NCBI GenBank assembly: GCA_038213805.1
Contig: JBBQSO010000055.1
Coordinates: 1 to 35,744, forward strand
Reading direction: 5' to 3'
Source: Planctomycetota bacterium
GTDB taxonomy: Bacteria; Planctomycetota; UBA11346
Length of the DNA: 35,744 nucleotides
How positions within the stretch are numbered: position 1 is the first letter of the stretch; every line of letters begins with the position of its first letter. The notes beneath the pieces are model-generated. The model was given only the letters and a program-made list of their open reading frames with translations. It had not been told where the DNA came from and did not search any database. Below are positions 31,324-35,744 of this stretch, in pieces. Both the position numbers and the translations under genes were made by a program.

Positions 31324-31326
31324 GTC

Positions 31327-31914
31327 TTACTTCGCCTTGGCAAGATTCGCCGCGGCGAAATCCCAATTCACCAGATTGGCGAGGAAGGTCTCAATGTACT
31401 TCGGGCGCAGGTTCTTGAAGCTCGGGTAGTAGGCGTGCTCCCAGACGTCGATGGTAAGCAGCGCGGTCTGCTTGGACTTCATCGGCAGGTCGGCATTGCC
31501 GGTCTTGGTGATCTTGAGCGTGCCGCCCTCGCTGACCAGCCAGGCCCAGCCCGAACCGAACTGGGTGGTGGCGGCGGCGGTGAAGTCCTCTTTGAACTTG
31601 GCGAAGGAGCCGAAGTCGCGGGTGATCGCCGCGGCCAGGTCGCCGGTCGGCTCGCCGCCGCCCTGGGGCTTCATGCTGTTCCAGTAGAAGGTGTGGTTCC
31701 AGATCTGCGCGGCGTTGTTGAACACCCCGCCGTCGCTGGACATGATGATTTCTTCGAGCGACTTGCTGGCCTCGGGCTTGCCGTCGAGCAGCTTGTTGAG
31801 GTTGACCACGTAGGCGTTGTGGTGCTTGCCGTGATGGAGCTCGAGATTCTCCTTGGTCAGGTGCGGCTCGAGGGCGGCGACGTCGTAGGGCAGGGGCGGG
31901 AGGGTGAAGGGCAT
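31327..31914 (-). CDS. sodB: Superoxide dismutase, Fe-type signature
   Basis: FTLPPLPY, HHGKHH, FNNAAQIWNH (AAQ is typical of Fe-SOD), QFGSGWAWL, DVWEHAYY. Confidence 0.95.
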   Translation of the reverse strand: MPFTLPPLPYDVAALEPHLTKENLELHHGKHHNAYVVNLNKLLDGKPEASKSLEEIIMSSDGGVFNNAAQIWNHTFYWNSMKPQGGGEPTGDLAAAITRDFGSFAKFKEDFTAAATTQFGSGWAWLVSEGGTLKITKTGNADLPMKSKQTALLTIDVWEHAYYPSFKNLRPKYIETFLANLVNWDFAAANLAKAK

Positions 31915-32166
31915 GGAAGGCTCCGCGGAGTGGCAGTCGCGGTTTGGGCCGCGACGCCGGGGTGAAGAACGGGAACATGTGAAGAGCGGGTCGACGGGGC
32001 TCGGCAGAGGCCTGCGGCATTCCCAGGGAGCGCTGCAGGAATCACCGGCGCGCCGGCCGGACTGGGGCGTGATGTTCGCCCTGCGCACTTGGCGCTCAAG
32101 ACCGGGATCCTGGAATCCAGGCCCCCCTTGCTGGCATTCTGGAATTATTCCCGCAGTCTGACAGGC

Positions 32167-32715
32167 ATGGACGCCCTCGCCCCCAACCTACGCCGCCTCC
32201 GCAAGCAGGGGAAGTTCACCCAGGCCCAGCTCGCCGACCTCGCCGGCCTGCCGCGCGCGACGCTCGCGACCATGGAGCAGGAGGGCGCCAATCCCGGGAT
32301 CCACGCGGTGCTGGCGGTGGCCAAGGCCCTGGGTGTCAGCCTCGACGAGCTGCTGGTGCTGCCGCCCGAGCACCGCCACTACCATGTCGCGCCCGCAGAA
32401 ATGCAGGAGTACCGCGCCGAGGCCGGCCGCTATGTCGCGCGCCTGGTCTCGCCGATCACGTCGAAGGGCGTGCAGATCCACCACGTGACCATGCAGCCGG
32501 GCTGCGTCAGCGTGGGGCGGCCGCACCCCATCGGCGCCCAGGAATTCTATTATGGCCTGAGCGGCACCTCGCTGCTGGTCATCGAGGACGAGAGCGTCGA
32601 GGTGCGCGCCGGCCATCTGGTGCAATTCCCAGGACACCGCCGCCATGTCTACCGCAATCCGGATCAGCGCACGGTGGCGACGGCGATCTCGACGGTGGTG
32701 TTCAGGATGGGGTGA
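32167..32715 (+). CDS. XRE-family HTH + cupin transcriptional regulator
   Basis: NLRRLRK...TQAQLA..AG..RATLA.ME...ANP...AKALGVSL HTH; C-terminal PH..G.QE...G / H.Y.N cupin motifs. Confidence 0.9.
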   Translation: MDALAPNLRRLRKQGKFTQAQLADLAGLPRATLATMEQEGANPGIHAVLAVAKALGVSLDELLVLPPEHRHYHVAPAEMQEYRAEAGRYVARLVSPITSKGVQIHHVTMQPGCVSVGRPHPIGAQEFYYGLSGTSLLVIEDESVEVRAGHLVQFPGHRRHVYRNPDQRTVATAISTVVFRMG

Positions 32716-32731
32716 ATGGATTGGGAGAGGT

Positions 32732-32880
32732 TGATGGCTGATGGCTGATGACTGATGGCGGACGACTGGCGCTCCGCGCCTGGAATCGCGCGTGCGGAGA
32801 TCATCTCCGCCACTTTTTCAGCCCAGGACACTGTGATACCAAGCCATCAGCCATCAGCCATCAGCCATCAGCCGCCATCA
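32732..32880. repeat. Inverted pair of TGATGGC heptamer arrays
   Basis: TGATGGC-type x4 (32732-32759) and GCCATCA x4+1 (32843-32880) flanking an ~83-bp spacer. Confidence 0.9.
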
Positions 32881-32887
32881 GCCCAGC

Positions 32888-32916
32888 TGGCAATCCCGCC
32901 CCAAATAGGTTACACT
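32888..32916 (+). promoter_or_regulatory. Possible sigma70-type promoter of cheY
   Basis: TGGCAA-N17-TACACT, 38 bp upstream of the ATG. Confidence 0.35.
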
Positions 32917-32954
32917 CCCGGGAACCGCTTCATCTCCCGAACCCGGAATCCCCC

Positions 32955-33326
32955 ATGCCCAAGAAGATCCTGGTCGTCGACGACTCCGCGATGATGCGCA
33001 AGATCATCATCAAGAACATGCGCGACTGCGGCTTCGCCATCGATCCGCAGGAGGCCGGCGACGGCGTCGAGGCGGTCAAGATCTTCGCCGCGGGCGGCAT
33101 CGAGGTGGTGTTCACCGACTGGAACATGCCCAACATGGATGGGCTGACGCTGGTGAAGGAGATCCGCAAGCTCGATCCGCAGAAGAAGATCCCGATCATC
33201 ATGATCACGACCGAGGTGACTCCGGACAAGGTCAAGGAAGCGGTCCTGGCCGGCGCCACCAACTACATCGGCAAACCGTTCACGCCCGAGAAGCTCAAAG
33301 AGAAATTCGAGAAGTATCTGATTTGA
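32955..33326 (+). CDS. cheY: Single-domain response regulator, CheY-like
   Basis: KILVVDDS, TDWNMPNMDG phosphoacceptor, IPIIMITTE, YIGKPF; lies upstream of cheA. Confidence 0.9.
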   Translation: MPKKILVVDDSAMMRKIIIKNMRDCGFAIDPQEAGDGVEAVKIFAAGGIEVVFTDWNMPNMDGLTLVKEIRKLDPQKKIPIIMITTEVTPDKVKEAVLAGATNYIGKPFTPEKLKEKFEKYLI

Positions 33327-33750
33327 CCGTAGGCTGCAGAACGTCTGCGGGTGTGGCCACACCGCCGCGCCGTGCGCGCCAGCGGAGCAGCTAACGTACG
33401 CGCCACAAGCGTCGACGGCATTCGCCCTGACACCGAAGTCATAGCGTCGCAGCGATTCCAACATCCTGTCAACCACGGGTCACCCGGGTCCAGCCAACCG
33501 GTCATGGCGGTGAACCGCCTTCGAAATGTCCGATTTTGCGCGTGGGTACGGTCGTTGGACCCACGCTGCGGGCGTCGCTGCGGATGCGCAGCAAAACCAC
33601 TGCTCAAATGGTTTGCGCAAGATTGTGTAGAAGGTTGGCGCTGCCGTGCGGTTTCTGACTGGGACCCAGGGCGGCACGAACTTACGCTGTGGAATGGACT
33701 TCATCGCGAGGTCATGCCCGGCAACCATTGGCGCGTGTCCTGAGTCTTCG

Positions 33751-33780
33751 TTGACTTACGGGCGATCCCGGCGGTATCCT
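33751..33780 (+). promoter_or_regulatory. Possible sigma70-type promoter of cheA
   Basis: TTGACT-N18-TATCCT, ~50 bp upstream of the ATG. Confidence 0.45.
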
Positions 33781-33829
33781 GCCGAGCTTATCCGGTCGTC
33801 CCAATCGCCGTCATCCGGACCCCAAAACC

Positions 33830-35605
33830 ATGGCTGACAGCGATTTCCTCAACGAATTCGTGGTCGAGGCGCGCGAACACCTCGAGAACGGCGAGGCGTG
33901 CCTGCTGCGCCTGATCAGCGATCCGTCGGATCACGAGGCGGTGCAGGCCTGCTTCCGGACCGTGCATACCCTCAAGGGTCTGGCCGGCTTCCTCTCGCTG
34001 GAGCGCGTCCAGGCCGTCGCGCACGCCGCCGAGCAGGTGCTCGACCGGCTGCGCACCGAGCCCACGCCCTGCACCCCGGCCCAGGGCGATGCGCTACTCC
34101 TGACAATCACCCGCCTGCGCGAACTGGTGGATGGCCTGGAGAGCGGCACACCCCCGCCCGAGGACGATCGCGACCTCATCGCACTGCTCGAGGCGACCAA
34201 CCACGCGAGCAGCCGGCCCGCCCCCGAGAAAGACCCCTACCAACCCAGCCCGGGGGCGAGCCAGCGGCAGGAGGCGACCTCGCGGCGCTACCGCACCCAG
34301 GGCGCGCAGGCGGCTCCGCGCACCCCGGTGGTCATCGCGGCGCCGGCGGTGCCGGTGGCGACGGTGCCATCCGACGTGGCGCAGGGTATGAGCCTCGACA
34401 CCGTTCTCGGTGAGCTGATCGGCATGGCGGCGGACGATCTCATGGGCATCACCCGCGTGCTCATGGACCTTGACGGCCTCGCCAGCGCCTGGCCGCCAGG
34501 CGCGCGCACGCTGCTCATGACGATGAAGGGGCTCGGCGACCGCATGCTGGAAAGCACGCTCGGCGCCGAAGGTCTGGCGCAGATCCTCGCCCACGCCGAG
34601 CGCCTGCCGGCGGCCGTCGCGGGTGCGGGTGCGGCGGTGGCCGACGCGCCCGCCGCGGACGGCGACCTGGTCCCAGAGCACCAGGCTGCCGATTTCGCCG
34701 CCGAGGCCCTCGAACTGCTGTCCATCGCCGAGGCCGCGCTGCTCGACAGCGGCGCCGCATCGAACAGCGGCGCGCCCAACCACGATCAGGTCGAAGCGGT
34801 GCTGCGCGCCTTCCACACCATCAAGGGCATGGCGGCGTACCTTGAGCTGCCGCGCCTCGAACGCTTCGCGCACCGCCTGGAGGACGAGCTGATGCCGGTG
34901 CGCGAGGGCCGCGCGCCCTTCACCGCCGCGCTCGCCACCCTGGCGCTCGCCGCGGTCGACGCCCTGCGCGCGCTGGCGGCGCAAGTGCGCCAGCATCGTC
35001 ACGACCGTTACCCCTGGCCGACCGCGGCGCACGCCCTGGCGGCGCAGTTCGGCCTGCTGGTGGATGGTGCGCCGGCCGCGGCCGCCGCGCCGGTCGAGCT
35101 GACCGTCGCCGAAGCGCTGGTGGCCAGCGGCGTGCCCGCGGCGGTGGTGGCGGAGGCGGCCAAGGACGGCGCCACCGGCGAAGAGCTGACCACGCGCCTG
35201 GTGCGCGCCGGCCGCATCACCCCGGCCAAGGCCGAGGAGGTGCTGGTCAAGCAGCGCGAGGCCGCCACCGCCGAGCGCGCCGGCGCCGAGACCTTCACGC
35301 GCGTCAGCATCGCGCGCCTGGAGGAACTGGTGAACCTGGTCGGCGAACTGCTCATCACCCAGGCCATGGTCAGCCAGAGCGACGAGGTCGCGCGCTCAGC
35401 CTTCCTGCAGCAGGCGGTCGGCCGCCAGACGCGCATCGTGCGCGACCTGCAGAACCTCTCGCTCGGCCTGCGCATGGTGCCGCTCAAGGGCACCTTCCAG
35501 AAGATGGCGCGGGCGGTGCACGACACCGCGCGCAAGCTCGGCAAGCCCATCACCCTCGACATGGTCGGCGACGACACCGAGATCGACCGCACCCTGGCCG
35601 AGACC
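33830..35605 (+). pseudogene. cheA: Chemotaxis histidine kinase CheA (two Hpt domains), interrupted before the ATP-binding core
   Basis: FRTVHTLKG and LRAFHTIKG Hpt motifs, RV...RLEELVNLVGEL dimerisation domain, RMVPL..GDDTEIDR. Homology stops where DPLxH..RN (N-box) is expected. Confidence 0.85.
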
Positions 35606-35744
35606 CTACCCATTACCCACAAGTCATCGTCGTCGTTTTCGTTTTTCCGGCTGTTCAGCCTGAGCCTTGGCCATTTCCGCTTGAGCTTCCAGGGCCATGG
35701 CGAAATGCCGCACCATGTCGAGGCCGATCCATAGCGTTTTGGAA
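35606..35744 (-). mobile_element. End of an IS4-family (IS50/Tn5-like) insertion sequence, partial
   Basis: 35606-35624 CTACCCATTACCCACAAGT matches the Tn5 outside end CTGACTCTTATACACAAGT at 13/19. Minus frame 35743-35624 reads SKTLWIGLDMVRHFAMAL...*, like the Tn5-type transposase C-terminal PGxKTLWxG motif. Composition changes abruptly at the junction. Confidence 0.8.

Noticed and set aside
33351..33743. 130-aa ORF between cheY and cheA
   Set aside because: Lacks the genome's codon bias, an RBS or motifs; probably spurious.
35606..35734. C-terminal tail of the 634-aa CheA ORF (PITHKSSSSFSFFRLF...)
   Set aside because: Read-through into the IS-like sequence, not CheA.

Overview
High-GC bacterial chromosomal segment (GC judged by eye; the short UvrC and elaborate prepilins suggest Planctomycetota, a weak inference). 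The left third is housekeeping/metabolic: trmB, an ArsR-methyltransferase regulator with a candidate operator coupled to metH, an FdhF/YdeP molybdoenzyme, a STAS-like protein, a short uvrC, a HEAT-like lipoprotein and a diacylglycerol kinase with eukaryote-type motifs. The centre (14.5-30.1 kb) is the most unusual part. It is a co-oriented run of TPR-roadblock, roadblock, an MglA GTPase with a Pro/Ala linker and C-terminal transmembrane helix, MglB, and a DUF4388-TPR-TM-TPR-beta-propeller protein. Four prepilin-type genes follow, including a ~1760-aa GspK/PilX-like protein with LamG-like and repeated phage-tail-like modules. This may be a membrane-tethered polarity switch coupled to a type IV filament tip cassette. 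The right end has terC, Fe-SOD, an XRE-cupin regulator, cheY and a dual-Hpt cheA interrupted at 35606 by the end of an IS50/Tn5-like (IS4 family) element. Heptamer tandem repeats occur in several intergenic regions. All family assignments come from motif recognition by eye; no searches were run.
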